Assembly: GCF_001194135.2 (NCBI RefSeq)
Contig: NC_068985.1
Coordinates: forward strand, 48,740,527-48,777,531
Direction of reading: 5' to 3'
Length of the DNA: 37,005 nucleotides
Origin: Octopus bimaculoides
Lineage: Eukaryota
Part shown: positions 11,793-24,130 of the stretch, in pieces
How positions within the stretch are numbered: the stretch's first letter is position 1
Layout of the letters: each line of letters begins with the position of its first letter
Program-made: the position numbers and the translations under genes
The notes under the pieces: generated by a model
Told to the model about the DNA's origin: nothing
The model's database searches: none
What the model saw: the letters and a program-made list of their open reading frames with translations, nothing else

Positions 11793-11940
11793 TGTAGGCA
11801 CAAGTTCTGAAATTTGGTGGAAGGGATTATGTCAATTACATCGACCACAGTACACAACTGGTACATATTTAATGATCCCGAAAGGGTGAAAGGCAAAGTC
11901 GATCTATGCGGAATCCAAACTCAGAACGTAGCAACAGTGT
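11793..11940 (-). mobile_element. SINE family A, 5'-truncated
   Basis: Reverse complement CTGTTGCTACGTTCTGAGTTTGGATTCCGC...GACTTTGCCTTTCACCCTTTCGGG...GGTCGATGTAATTGAC matches the 13120-13355 copy. Confidence 0.85.
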
Positions 11941-11942
11941 TA

Positions 11943-11996
<54 letters not shown>

Positions 11997-11997
11997 G
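11941..11997. repeat. (TAA)n microsatellite
   Basis: Directly visible. Confidence 0.95.
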
Positions 11998-12100
11998 TAA
12001 GAGTAATAGTAATAGGAAAATTGGCAAAAAGTGTGCACGGAAATTGCCGCGAAGAGTGGAGTATCCAGTGTTTCGGAGAGAGTCCTTCTTCAAGGCTAAT

Positions 12101-12104
<4 letters not shown>

Positions 12105-12143
<39 letters not shown>

Positions 12144-12261
12144 TCATGCGTTTTCACCATGAAACATTAGAAAGAGATCGGCAGGTCGCTGAAATTGTCT
12201 ACTTTGTCATGACCACCCTTCACGTCACTCAGTGTGAGAGAGAGAGAGAGANNNNNNNNNN

Positions 12262-12302
<41 letters not shown>
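12105..12302. repeat. Two (GA)n microsatellites (12105-12139 and 12236-12302, the latter containing a gap)
   Basis: Directly visible. Confidence 0.95.
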
Positions 12303-12305
<3 letters not shown>

Positions 12306-13029
12306 GAATGGTAACTCAGCTAAGTTTGACATTCTCTGTATTTGAGTTACTGGTTACTTGTGATGGGGTTTGCACATGTAGATTAGCTTCCCTGAAGTGA
12401 TGTGAAATATTCTCATTCTATATCTCTTACATCAACACAACTGAGCAGTTCCTATTCCCTTACTCATTCATCAGTGTTCGACATCTCTGTTTATCGTATG
12501 AAGAGACACCGTTTCATATTCAAACTGAGAAGCATAGCACCGATGGTTATAATTGAATGATTCACTTTCTGTTCTTTCACCCCCTCTTAGTTCAGTCATC
12601 CCATTTTTATACTTCAGCTCCTTACATTTCACCTTAAGTTTCCTTCTGCGTATCCTCAAACGCTTTCTGTTTCCTTTTTTTCTCTCTTTCTTTCTCCTAT
12701 TTATATCTAGTTTCTCTCTCCAACTGTTACCTATCTGCGTATCCAAGCTCACTTTCACTTGTGTTTCCCTTCAGTTGCAGCCAAGAGCGGCAAACATAGA
12801 TCTATATCTCTGCGCCCTTGCCTTTTTGCCTTCTTGTCATCGTAAACCTGAAGAAGTATTTTTTACAAAACGTTTCGCAAATGAAACACAAAAAGAATAG
12901 AAATAACAGGAGCATATTTTCACATTCCATGTATATTTTATAGAAATAGATTTACTTTACACAATACGCAACTCAAAATGATGCCTAAATGCTATAAATA
13001 TGAGTGAACTAAAGTAATTCTTAAAATTC

Positions 13030-15200
13030 AAGAAACGTAAACCTTAAAACCCAGGTACCCGTGATCCTCTTTACTAATTTCCTGAGTTTTAATTATAATA
13101 TCACAGAAGATAAATAAATAATAAGGCAGCGAGTTGGCAGAATCGTTAGCACGCTGGGCGAAATGCTTAGTGGTATTTCGTCTGTTGTTACGTTCTGAGT
13201 TCAAATTCCGCCGAGGTTGACTTTGCCATTCATCCTTTCGGGGTCGATAAATTAAGTACCAGTTACGCACTGGGGCCGATGTAATCGACTTAATCCGTTT
13301 GTCTGTCCTTGTTTGCCCCCTCTATGTTTAGCCCCTTGTGGGCAATAAAGATATAAGAAGATAAATAAATTACGTGGGAAACATTTATGTTCATAAGATC
13401 AAGGGAGATGTAGGAGGGGATTATGTATCAGTCGTTGATGAACAAATCCAGAACGGAAGTTTGTAGAAGGAGAAAGAAGGATGCGATTACGACAAGGATT
13501 TACTTCCAAATGGTTTTTGACAGTGTTCTCCATATGTGAGTGAGTCTTGGAAATATTAGTCAAATTAAAATAGTACCAATGATGACTAGATACATTAAAA
13601 GTATATATTAGTAGATGGCTAACAATTATGTAGATATAGGTAACAATGATTCAATGAAACTTACTTTATTGTTGTTAGACTACGAATATTCCTAGAGGGT
13701 CCCATTGTCCACTTCGTTTCTTCATGTTCTCATTAACACCTTTAACCAGCATGTTAAAACAAACTAGACTGTGATGTTAATTCTACGACAGAAGCAATCA
13801 ACCTGCCATAACATATACATTATATAGTATGTCATGTATATGGATGACATGAAGCAGTATGCTGTAGATGATAAACATCTAGAGACACTAGAGGAATTGA
13901 TATGCGATTCAGGTTAGAAAAATGTGCCAAGGCAACATTGAAGAGAGGAAATTTAATTAAGAACATTAATGTCATGTTTGATGAAGAAACAATGACAAGA
14001 GAATTAGATCAAAAACAAGCTAACATATACTTAGGAAATAATGAACTAGACGGAGTACAACATACATAAATGTGAGAAAAGGTTAAGAACGAATATCATA
14101 GACGCATTAGATGAATATTCAAAACAGCGTTAAATGCCAAACATAAAGTAATAAGCATCAATACTCTAACTGCGCCAATAATAAGTCATAGTTATATTTT
14201 CAACCCAAAATCTCACAAAGATTATATTAGCAACAGAGACAGGGAAGTATTCGATGACTAGAAAACTATTATAAAATATCCACACTACAACTACAAATAT
14301 ATCTTGCAAAATATAGCAGAAAGCTAATATAAATAGCTATAAAAGACGAATAAAACAAAAACAATTTCTATCTTCAAAGAAAGTAATAAATTTAAAACGG
14401 AGGCTGAACAGACAGTTATGATGATAAAAGAGAAGCAGCAACATACATTGCGAAAAAAAAAAAGATGAAAAACTCAGTTAAAACGTTGCTAAAGCGATGG
14501 AAAGAAAAGCCCCTATATGGCCAATATTTGAGAAAAGTTAACATGGAGGAAAGAGATAAAACAATTGCATCACTGGTTCAGAATGATTTTTTTTTTTCGT
14601 AGTAGGTCAGATCAAAACCTTCCTACAAGAAGCCATTATAAGCATATAATGAAAACGGTTACAATAAGTAACTGGAGAAAATGTGGAATTGAAGAAAAGA
14701 CGATGAACCATATTGCGCATGACAGTACACTTTTAAATAAGAAATAGCGCATCTTCACGTATGGTAGAATTGATGCTTTCATTCACTAGGAATTATGCCA
14801 ACATTATGGAATACTAAAAGAGAAAGTATTAATGTAGACCAGAAAAAGGTATGAGAAGGCGGAAACAACCATACTCTGGGTTATGCAGAACCATACAGAT
14901 AAGGTGAGCAATGTTAATCAGTTATATATTGTAGTCAAGGACAACAAGGGACGTAAGTGTCGACTCATGAAAAAAGTATTCACCTTAACTGAGGAAAATG
15001 TAGCAAAAATAGAAATGGTAAAATTATACAAATATAATGATTTGGAAATAGAAATGACAAGAATACACAACGTGATATGTAACATTCACATTAAGTAGAA
15101 TACTTGGAACACAACTGAAAATACAAAACATTTCACATACACAAGATTCACAGAGCTGCACTCGATTGTGTCGAGGTACATTACTCATAGATAATATTAA
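13030..15200 (+). mobile_element. R4/Dong-clade LINE, decayed 3' ~2 kb (RT, CCHC-like region, REL endonuclease), interrupted by a SINE
   Basis: DQGRCRRG; YMDDMKQYA (YMDD at 13837-13848); RFRLEKCAKATLKRG; RWKEKPLYGQY; DQNLPTR..KHIMK..CGIEEKTMNHI; LCQHY; YIVVKDNKGRKCRL..KYNDLEIEM. Confidence 0.88.
13120..13355 (+). mobile_element. tRNA-derived SINE family A, full length, 15-bp TSD
   Basis: A-box-like TGGCAGAATCG and B-box-like GAGTTCAAATTCC. Perfect TSD AGAAGATAAATAAAT at 13105-13119 and 13356-13370. Confidence 0.92.
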
Positions 15201-15479
15201 TATTTTGTCTTTCTATTCGACCAAGAGGAAGCTCATAGATATTACAATATTGTTTGTACAAAATGATTACATTTTACAATCAAATCAAACTTCACTGACT
15301 TAGAACAGAAAAGAAAAAAAAATTACATTAGATAATGTATCAGTAATACATAAAATACGAATTCGTCATGACCGGGATAACCTTTCTTAGACGTTTCCTG
15401 GCAGGAGTGTCATGATACCAAAGATGCAACAATGCGAACAAAAACTATGGCAAGTCAACGAAGAAGCTTCTACGAGCCA

Positions 15480-15710
15480 TTAGGTGTTCGCTCGATCAGC
15501 TGGATTCAACAGCCAAGTTTCCTTCATGTCCTGCACTAACGGAACCATTATGTGTCCACTCGATCAGCTAGAAATAATAACCAAATCCTTCACCACATTA
15601 CGCATTACTGTCAAAAAAAGATTAAGGACAAATCTGAATGAAATGACGCGGGAATTAGAGCCCGGAAAGTGTTTCTTTACAAGCCTATCGATCTCAGCTA
15701 ATCTACAGCT
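15480..15710. repeat. Interspersed repeat (unclassified), related to 16340-16520
   Basis: Shared core CAGCTAGAAATAATAACCAAATCCTTCA versus TAAATAACAACCAAATTCCCTCAAAT; contains an internal TCGATCAGCT duplication. Confidence 0.45.
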
Positions 15711-15724
15711 AAACAATACCAACA

Positions 15725-15768
15725 GTAATTACTACTACTGCGGCTCCTGCTGCTGCTACTATTACTAC

Positions 15769-15824
<56 letters not shown>

Positions 15825-15917
15825 TTACTACTACTACCACTAATACTACCACTATCACCACTATCACTACTACCACCACCACCACTACTACTACTACCAC
15901 CACCGCCACCACCACTG

Positions 15918-15994
<77 letters not shown>
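15725..15994. repeat. Compound (TAC/CAC)n(TAA)n microsatellite, followed by (TCTA/TCTG)n-rich sequence to about 16195
   Basis: Directly visible. Confidence 0.95.
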
Positions 15995-15995
<1 letters not shown>

Positions 15996-16339
15996 TTTCT
16001 CTTTATCTATATATCAATCTATCTATCTGTCTGTCTGTCTGACTGTCAGTCTCTCTCTCTCATCTATCTATCGATCTATTTATTTGTCTATCTACCGAGC
16101 TATCTATTTATCTATTTATTTATCTACCTGTCCATCTATCTATTTGTGTATCTATTTATTTGTCTATCTATCCATCTATCTATTTATCAGTCTATCAATA
16201 AAACTCAACAAATGTTCGTCTACAATATCATTTGACAGCTTATAAATACCAGCCAACGTAAACCAGAGATTACCGTCGGAATATATGATCTGTGGAATAC
16301 CATATGTGAAAAAAAAAGGGAATAAAACAGAACAAAGCA

Positions 16340-16520
16340 GTTAGAACAGCTGGAGGTAAATGACTTCTATATGGTTACAATTTCTATATTAAATAACAAC
16401 CAAATTCCCTCAAATTGCATTTAACCGTCAATATAAACTAATCCACAACAGACAATGTAATCCTAGATAGATAACACTTTGTTAAAAAAAATAGTCATGG
16501 TTGGAATGTCTTCGTTGATA
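16340..16520. repeat. Interspersed repeat related to 15480-15710
   Basis: Shares the core motif noted at 15480-15710; degenerate. Confidence 0.35.
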
Positions 16521-17067
16521 CGCGACATCAAGGAGTATCAAAACAATAAAATACACTGACATTCAATAATGGAGCTCTACATTGCCGTAGAAATGTGGAA
16601 TAGTCATAGCTGAAGCGCATTTTTCGATAAGTTCACTCGAAGAAAACCTAAACAAATTCAACAACAACAATATCTACAATACAATGGCAGTAACAACATA
16701 TCATTATAAAACCGCTCTCTGGATTTTTAAAATAAAATAAGTTAAAGGTTAACCATCAAAGATGTCCTTATCATTCCCGTGAATTAGATATCTTAATTTA
16801 GATTTTACTTAATTTTCTGGAGGGTGGGGGGTTTCTACGCATAAAACTTGAGCAATATTCAACATAAAATACATTTATTACAGAATACAGAAATCATTTC
16901 ATATGCATTCACAAATTCACATACTGTACGTTTCCTCACACGTATGTTCACGCGTACGCATACACANNNNNNNNNNNNNNNNNNNNNNNNNNNNNNNNNN
17001 NNNNNNNNNNNNNNNNNNNNNNNNNNNNNNNNNNNNNNNNNNNNNNNNNNNNNNNNNNNNNNNNNNC

Positions 17068-17430
17068 AGTACTTGTCAGCACAATCTTTTAGATTTCTCT
17101 GAGACATGGTTCTCCTTGGATGTTGTCTAGAGGTTTCTGACATCCCTGTTTCATGATACCTAGAGTACATAGGAACTGTTCTCGTTTTAAGATGCTAGAT
17201 CTTTTGTATTTCAATTCCTTATATTTACTTAATTTGTCAAATTATTTACAGATATATTTTTATCAGTAGGAACACTTACATCTATTAGTCTACAAGTATT
17301 TTCCTCCCTCTCTTTAATAATTATATCTGGTTGAAGAGCCTGGATCGTTCTATCGGTGTTGACTGGAAAATCCCAGAAGATAGTGACATTTTTACCTCAA
17401 ATGACTGGCTCAGGATGATGTTCATCTTAT
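17068..17430 (-). mobile_element. R4/Dong-clade LINE, REL endonuclease C-terminal fragment
   Basis: Minus strand VTIFWDFPVNTDRTIQALQPDIIIKEREENTCRLIDVSVPTDKNIS, then KYKELK after a frameshift: a PD-(D/E)xK domain. Confidence 0.85.
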
Positions 17431-17436
17431 TATAAA

Positions 17437-18020
17437 TGCCGTGAGCTGGCAGAATCATTAGCGCGCTGGACGAAATGCCTCGCAGTATATCACCTATCGC
17501 TGCGTTCTGAGTTCAATTTCCGCTGAGAAATTTCCATTCAGGGTCGATAACTTAAGCACCATTGAAACACTGGGATCAATATAATTGGTTAGACCCCTCC
17601 CCCAAAATGTCAGGCCTTGTGGGCAAATTGCTTAGCGGCATTTAGTCTGTCTTTATGTTCTGAGTTCATATTCCGCCAAAGCCTACTTTGATTTTCATCC
17701 ACTTGGGGTGTATGAAATAGATGAAATAAGTATCACCCAAGAGCTGGGGGTTGATGATATCGACTAGTCCCCACCCCACGCAAAATTTCAGGCCTTGTGC
17801 TTATAGTGGAAAGGATTACACGCGGTGAACTAGCAGAATCGTTAGCTCACCGGGAGAAATGCTTAACGGTATGTCGCCTGTTACCACATTCTGAGTTCAA
17901 ATGCTGCTGAGGTCGACTTTGCCTTTCATCATTTCGGGGTCGATAAAATAAGGGGGGAGCTGAGTACTGGAGTCGATGTAATCGATTTACCTCCTCCCAC
18001 AAAATTTCAGGCGTTGTGCT
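17437..18020 (+). mobile_element. Three head-to-tail SINE family A copies (about 17437-17620, 17621-17815, 17821-18020)
   Basis: Each has TTCTGAGTTCA, a variant of the TTCGGGGTCGATA core, and an AAAAT(G/T)TCAGGC(C/G)TTGTG tail. Confidence 0.85.
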
Positions 18021-18207
18021 ACTTTCTTTAAAACCTTTGTACGCTATGCATCTGTCCCTTCTTATTCAGTGTATGCTGTGTATACTTACCTTCTTTCTCT
18101 CTTTCATGCTTTAAAAATCATTTCATTATATGTAAACCCCTACACTTTATGTCTGTATTTGCATTGTCCCCCTCATCCTTCGCCCTTGTGTCAAATAAAT
18201 GAAATCA

Positions 18208-18288
18208 TTATTACTATTATCATTATTATTATTATTACTACTACTACTACTACTGCTACTACTACTACTACTACTACTACTACTATTA

Positions 18289-18334
<46 letters not shown>

Positions 18335-18364
18335 CACTACTAGTACTACTACTACTACTACTAC

Positions 18365-18408
<44 letters not shown>
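18208..18408. repeat. Compound (TAC)n(TAT)n microsatellite
   Basis: Directly visible. Confidence 0.97.
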
Positions 18409-18409
<1 letters not shown>

Positions 18410-18410
18410 C

Positions 18411-18625
18411 AAGGCGGCAAGCAGGCAGAATTGTTAGCACGCCAGGCAAAATCCTTAACGGCCTTTCGTCCGTCTTTATATTCTGAGTTCAAATTCCACC
18501 TAGGTCAACTTTGCCATTCATTCATTAGGGGGTCGATAAAATAAGTACCAGTTGAACACTGAGGTCGATGTAGTCGACTTATCCCCTACACCAATATTGC
18601 TAGCCTTACGTCAACATTTGAAGCT
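18411..18625 (+). mobile_element. SINE family A
   Basis: AAGGCGGCAAGCAGGCAGAATTGTTAGCACGCC...TTCTGAGTTCAAATTCC...GGGGTCGATAAAATAAGTACCAGTTG. Confidence 0.88.
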
Positions 18626-18644
18626 ATTATTATTAATAATAATT

Positions 18645-18860
18645 AAGCTCGCGATCTGCCAAATTTGCTAACAAAAACGCCATGCAGTTTTACATCGATC
18701 TCTTCATTTTCACTTTCTGATTCCAAATTCCGCTGGGGTCAACTTTGCCTTTTATTCTCCCTTTGCCAATAAAATACAATTTTAGTCAAGTATTAGCGTC
18801 GATGGTATCGAGTAAACCCCATTCCTGGAAATTGATAGACGTGTGTCTAAATTGGAAAGC
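18645..18860 (+). mobile_element. SINE family A, highly diverged
   Basis: TTCTGATTCCAAATTCCGCTGGGGTCAACTTTGCC core. Confidence 0.6.
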
Positions 18861-19381
18861 ATTTATATTATTGCGGACATTTTCTGTTTGATTGCTTGAT
18901 ATGTTCTTATCAATATTGATCGATTGTGGCCTGTTAGAAAGATAACAGCAAATGCTATTTTATGTTGTTTATGACACGTGCCTTATCGAACATAATCGAT
19001 TCTATAGTTTGATAAAAGAAAAAAATGATTGTGTATGCGTGAGTGCGTGTGTACTTGCATGTCTGATTATGACACACAGACACACAAGCAGACACATAGA
19101 AACACACACACACATAGAAACACACACACACTCACACACACACACTCACACACACACACTCACACACACACATACATGTCACTAAATATAAATTAATGTT
19201 AAACGATGTAATATAAACAAATAAACAAAATGAAAATATAATAAAGACGTACTAAGTTGATGAAATCATTTTATCGATATTGTTCGTCCAAGACAGACGT
19301 AAATTTTTTTGTTATGCCATAAAATTTTTTCAGTCAGGCGGATACAAGTTATAATAGTTTACTACATGTGTATGAGCATAG

Positions 19382-19383
<2 letters not shown>

Positions 19384-19425
<42 letters not shown>

Positions 19426-19705
19426 ATACACAGATGTAAACACAGTTTAATAAAGTTATTAAAATGCACATTTGTCATAAAGACACTGCAAATAAGCAAA
19501 ATAAATAGAATGGTTTACATACATACACATATACGCAAAACAATTTATGTGTGTGTATGTGTGTATATGTGTTTGTGTGCATATATGTATGTACGTATGT
19601 ATTGGTATCAGTATTAGTATTAACTGGTTAGTCTACCGTTACATCTAGTTTTCTCTTTAACATGGTTCTTCAATTAACAATATATCACATTCATATATAC
19701 ATGCG

Positions 19706-19747
<42 letters not shown>

Positions 19748-20518
19748 TGTGTGTGTCTGTGTGTATCTTTGCCTGCGTACGTGTAGCATACGTGTCCTCC
19801 ATGGCTTTCAGCTTCTCTGTGCTTGTTTATTTGTATGAACGTTTTAACATGCTTGCCTGTATGCCTGATGGGTTGGTGAGAAAACGGTAGCCTTGTGAAT
19901 TTATTAAAAAAAAATTGTTCCATTTGCATTGTTTTGAAAACTATTTTGAGTGGAGGTAATACTACCATTTATTCACTTGTATACAGAAGAAATGTCTGTA
20001 TATGGGATGGCCGTAACTTTGATCCTGAGATGAGACCCGTTATTTTAGAGACAAAGTAAGAAAGCGTAAATTGATTTTTTAGTATTAGTGTTGTAAAAGA
20101 ATTCTAGGAATCTAGTAATGTCTTGCATCAGCAAAATCAAAATTAATAGTATGCTTTGGTGAGTTCATAAACAGTAAAGAAGAGAAAGTCATGTAAGTTT
20201 AGGAGGAAGACCTCCATAGAAAAGAGATAATTTTAAATCTCGAAGTTTGCAATGAAGATATAGAGTCTATAGAAATGTGTTCGAATTGAGTAGTGGGAGA
20301 TAGAAGAGATGGTAAGTTAAATGGAAATGAAGTAGAAAATAAAGATGTTGGAAATTTATAGGGTAGAGAAATGGAGGTGGAATAGAATTTTCTAGGGTTT
20401 AGAGGGCTCTCATGAAATTTCTTCGGTAAACAATTATATGCATAATTAAATATACGCATGAACACAGGTATTTATATATACAGTTGTCAACATATTCACA
20501 CAATCACGAACGTACACT

Positions 20519-20551
<33 letters not shown>
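19384..20551. repeat. Three separate (GT)n microsatellites (19384-19423, about 19710-19760, 20522-20551)
   Basis: Directly visible. Confidence 0.9.
20200..20440 (-). pseudogene. Possible L2/CR1-group LINE ORF2 linker fragment
   Basis: Open minus frame NPRKFYSTSISL...FEHISIDSISSL resembles the PRKFW..linker between APE and RT. Weak similarity only. Confidence 0.3.
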
Positions 20552-20554
<3 letters not shown>

Positions 20555-20639
20555 TATTTGTGAATGCAGGCACAAAGATACACGTATATAGTCACACACA
20601 TGTTCCTATATATATGGCCAGAAATATGTGCACACATTC

Positions 20640-21000
20640 ACCTGTGTGAATCTTCCCACAGTCTATTAAGTACTTTCAAACGCTTTGTTTGTACCACATC
20701 TGATCCTTCACTCGTAATGTACCACAAACAACACTGTCCAAAAAATCTAGTATCAAATTACACAAAACGTGGGCTGTTACCCCACTAAAACTACCTCTTG
20801 CTTTACATGGATATTCAGCTCCATTTTTACATCGATGAAACATGACGCCCTTCAGTAGATCGATTCTTGGAACACTTCTCCAGTGTCCCCCATTGCAATT
20901 CAGGAAATCCGATGTTCTCTCCACTTCAGCATATCGACTCACTCTATGACACACCTCCTGGTATCTCGAGGTTTCATACATAACGGGGCGTCATACTCTA
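20640..21000 (-). pseudogene. Possible Tc1/mariner transposase C-terminal remnant
   Basis: ILDFLDSVVCGTLRVK resembles PDLNPLDYSVWG.L..K. Otherwise heavily decayed. Confidence 0.35.
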
Positions 21001-21219
21001 GAAAACATCAATAGGTGTAACATTTTTGAGACTCAGGATGTAATCGGTCATGGTCCTAAATGAAAGCGTCTCCTCTGTTTACAAACCTCACTCTACGCTT
21101 CCTGTATATATTTGCTAATTAGCATAGATTTAATTGAGATGTATTTTGTATATGTTCGGATGTATTCATGTAGATGTAAGTGTACTTGTATTTGAAATGA
21201 ATGAATGTATTCTATCTGA

Positions 21220-21495
21220 ATATGTGGCTTAGTGGTTAGGGTATTCGGTTCACCATCGTAAGGTCTTATGTTCGATTTCCGGCAGTACGTTATGTCTTTG
21301 AGCATGATACTTTATTTCACGTTGCTCCAGTCGAGTTCAATTAGCTGGCAAAATGTGTAATGCCTGTAATTCAAATGGCCAGCCTTGTCATATTCTGTGT
21401 CACGTTGAATTTCCCTGAGAGCTACATTAAAGGTACACGTGTCTGTAGCGTTCTCGGCCACTTGCACGTTAATTTCACAAGCAGCTGTTCTGCTT
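21220..21495 (+). mobile_element. tRNA-derived SINE family B
   Basis: A box TGGCTTAGTGG (21225-21235) and B box GTTCGATTTCC (21270-21280), followed by a non-tRNA body. No complete cloverleaf. Confidence 0.75.
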
Positions 21496-21591
21496 GTTCT
21501 TGTTGTCGTAAACGACGAATGCCAGTTGTATATATGGGAAAACGTTGACGTTTATGTGTATACATGTATTGGTATAGACATGGTTACTCTA

Positions 21592-21660
21592 TGACGTGTT
21601 CAAATTCAATTAGTGATATCGACCTTGCCCTTCATCCTTCCGATCAATAAAAATATTATC
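21592..21660 (+). mobile_element. SINE family A core fragment
   Basis: GTGTTCAAATTC...TCGACCTTGCCCTTCATCCTTCCGATCAATAAAA. Confidence 0.5.
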
Positions 21661-22479
21661 TTTAACTTGTAGGGATAGAATCTATCAGCATATTCTCCTT
21701 GTGTAGACATGCAAGCCTTTGTGACAATATACCAAATCACCATTATTGCTTCCTTTGAAGCAGCTCTGCGGGCTACGGAGACACTGTTGAAGTCGAGATT
21801 CTAAGGTACTCAACAAATGAATAATAAATGTCAGTGTTCTTAGAATACAATCTCTTGCTACCACCATTTCTTTGCGTATTTAATTGAACTTGGAACGGCA
21901 GGGTAATAATCCTGTCTTTAGTTTTAAACTGTTAGAACTCCTTAAAGCAATGAATTCTACCATTTGTAGCAATACGGCCAATTCCCAAGATATTTTCCTC
22001 TGTTAGGAATGGCTTGACAGAGGTAAATGTGTTGTTAATTGGTTGCATTGCAGGGCAAGTCGATAGGATGAAAACCACTGACCTCTTACTGGGCTGTTCA
22101 TTAACCTAATGAGTGCGGAATTGGCGGTCCTTCAAACAAATAACTCCATACATAATTGTTTCTTGTATATGTGTAAATGAGTTTTCAAGTATGTCAAAGC
22201 GCACTTACGCGTTTGTGTATGTGTGTGAATTGCAAACCTATAGCTTTACGCTGAGAGCTGGATTGATATTAGTTCAAGTGGATTTCTGGCAAATTTCGAT
22301 TGAAACTGTGAGAAAGTAGAAAATAAGGCTTTACATGTCGCTTTGACAAATGACGTCATCAACGAGTCGATCGCTTTAAGTGTATTTGTAAAGAATTGTG
22401 GAAATTGTAATTGTATCCACATAGAAACCAGATTTACATAAAACAGTGGAGAGAATATTTATTAACATTTTCCTTGACG

Positions 22480-23330
22480 AATACTACAGTTCGATGAAAT
22501 TAAATTTCTGACAACCTGAGCTCAGAATACGGTTTCTGTTTCTAAGTAGGAGCTATTTCAATTTTGTAATAGTATAAATGATTTTAGCATATGTGCTACC
22601 ATATGTAATAAGCAATGACATGACCGACCAGTTAACTGACTTGAATTGTCATACGGGCCGAGAAGTCAAGAGCATTGTGTGGTGTGATAATGTGCTGGGG
22701 AATAACGATTAAGCCTTAATCTGATAATCGAATAGATACTGAAACGGTGATAGGCTGGTGAAGAGTGGGTTTAAAGCTATTGCACTCGTCAACACTATTT
22801 GGAATATCTCTGTATCAGTCAGGGTATGAAACTATTTGTTGTAGAGAGTTCAATTTTGAAAGCAGTCGGTTTCTGCACTGGTAACATGGGTATAGGATCG
22901 ATGTGAGAACCAAGAAGATTTGTAAGTATTTAAGTCACCGAGGACGATGAATTTAAAGAAGAGTATAATTAGATTGATGTCATCGATAGTAGAAAAGAAA
23001 TTGTCACAGAGTTGTTTGTGGTTTTCGGAAAAGTTTTTAAAGGAGTTGGGGAAAGAAATGAGTATTAATATCTAAAACCTTCTGTATGACATTCCAGTGA
23101 GAGCCGAGTGGTGTGGAGACTGTAATTTACACGTGTGTATGCAGTACATTTGGGAGTGAAGCATGATTGTATATCGACATTAAGTTAGATATACAAAATG
23201 CTGTTCTGAACTAAAACTGCTTGCGTCGTTAATGACGTGTGTTTCGGGTCTACAGTTAGGTAGTATATGTCTGCCAGCAGTGGGCTTAGCCATTTTGTTC
23301 ACGTTTCGATGGATGCAGGACTATGAGCAC
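22480..23330 (-). pseudogene. AP-endonuclease (ORF2 N-terminal) fragment of a CR1/L2-group LINE
   Basis: Minus strand FPNSFKNFSENHKQLCDNFFSTIDD...FIVLGDLNTYKSSWFSH (GDLN-containing block at 22951-22928) and STLSHHTML (SDH-like motif). Confidence 0.6.
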
Positions 23331-23414
23331 TAAACGGATTCCGTATGAAGAGTGATTCGCTTTGTAGCAGGCCACCAGAATTTTTGGATCTTACTTAATT
23401 TAAATGATACATCT

Positions 23415-23662
23415 GTGTGTGTGCACGCGCATGTGCGTGTATGTGTATGTATCGGTGTGTGTATGTGTGTGAGTGTGTGCATGGATAGACTGACAGAGCG
23501 ATAGCTGGCTAGATAGATACATACATTTACGCTTACATACATCCAGACATATATACATACCTAGACAAATATATGTATGAGTATAAATATCGATATACAA
23601 TATGTGTGTGCGAATTAGCGAATGTTTTACAATAAGAAATAAAATGGTTTGTGTGTGTGTAC

Positions 23663-23696
<34 letters not shown>

Positions 23697-23932
23697 AGCG
23701 ACATCCATGCTGTATTCAGTTTTCTACACTTACAAATCAAAGACCTCCATATACATTTTTATATGTATGTATCTATATAAATTTATTTATGTATACGTGT
23801 AAGCATATATTTACGTATATGTATGTACATACCTTTGCGAATATGTATATTATTGTATTGATATACATAGAGAGTAGATATATATTTGCATACGTATGTG
23901 TTTGCGAGAGATTTTTTTACGCAGAAACACAG

Positions 23933-24010
<78 letters not shown>

Positions 24011-24130
24011 GCACACAGGCGTATAGATAGATGAAGAGAGAGAGAGAAGGGGGAGGGGGAAGGAGGGATTGAGAGATGCAGATATATAGACGTATAGATA
24101 TATAGATATATAGAAATAAGTGTACATACA
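23415..24130. repeat. Mixed (CA/TA/TACA)n low-complexity tract including perfect (TA)n at about 23958-24007
   Basis: Directly visible. Confidence 0.9.

Noticed and set aside
12776-12845. Possible exon after the long pyrimidine tract (CTTCAG|TTGCAG)
   Set aside because: The donor is weak, the peptide is unrecognisable, and CT-rich tracts are common in this window.
12848-12880. Second hammerhead-like string CTGAAGA-A-GTA(TTTTT)TAC-AAAA-CGTT
   Set aside because: G12 is missing, stem II is only 3 bp, and no stem I partner was found. At most a dead relic.
21220-21290. Possible tRNA gene (similar heads at 8232-8298, 10500, 13125)
   Set aside because: A/B boxes are present, but there is no complete cloverleaf and each continues into a SINE body.
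22330-22365. Minus-strand TTGATGACGTCATTTGTCAAAGCGACATGT resembling a Penelope ribozyme tail
   Set aside because: Core C3 and GAAA are both absent; too degenerate to support.
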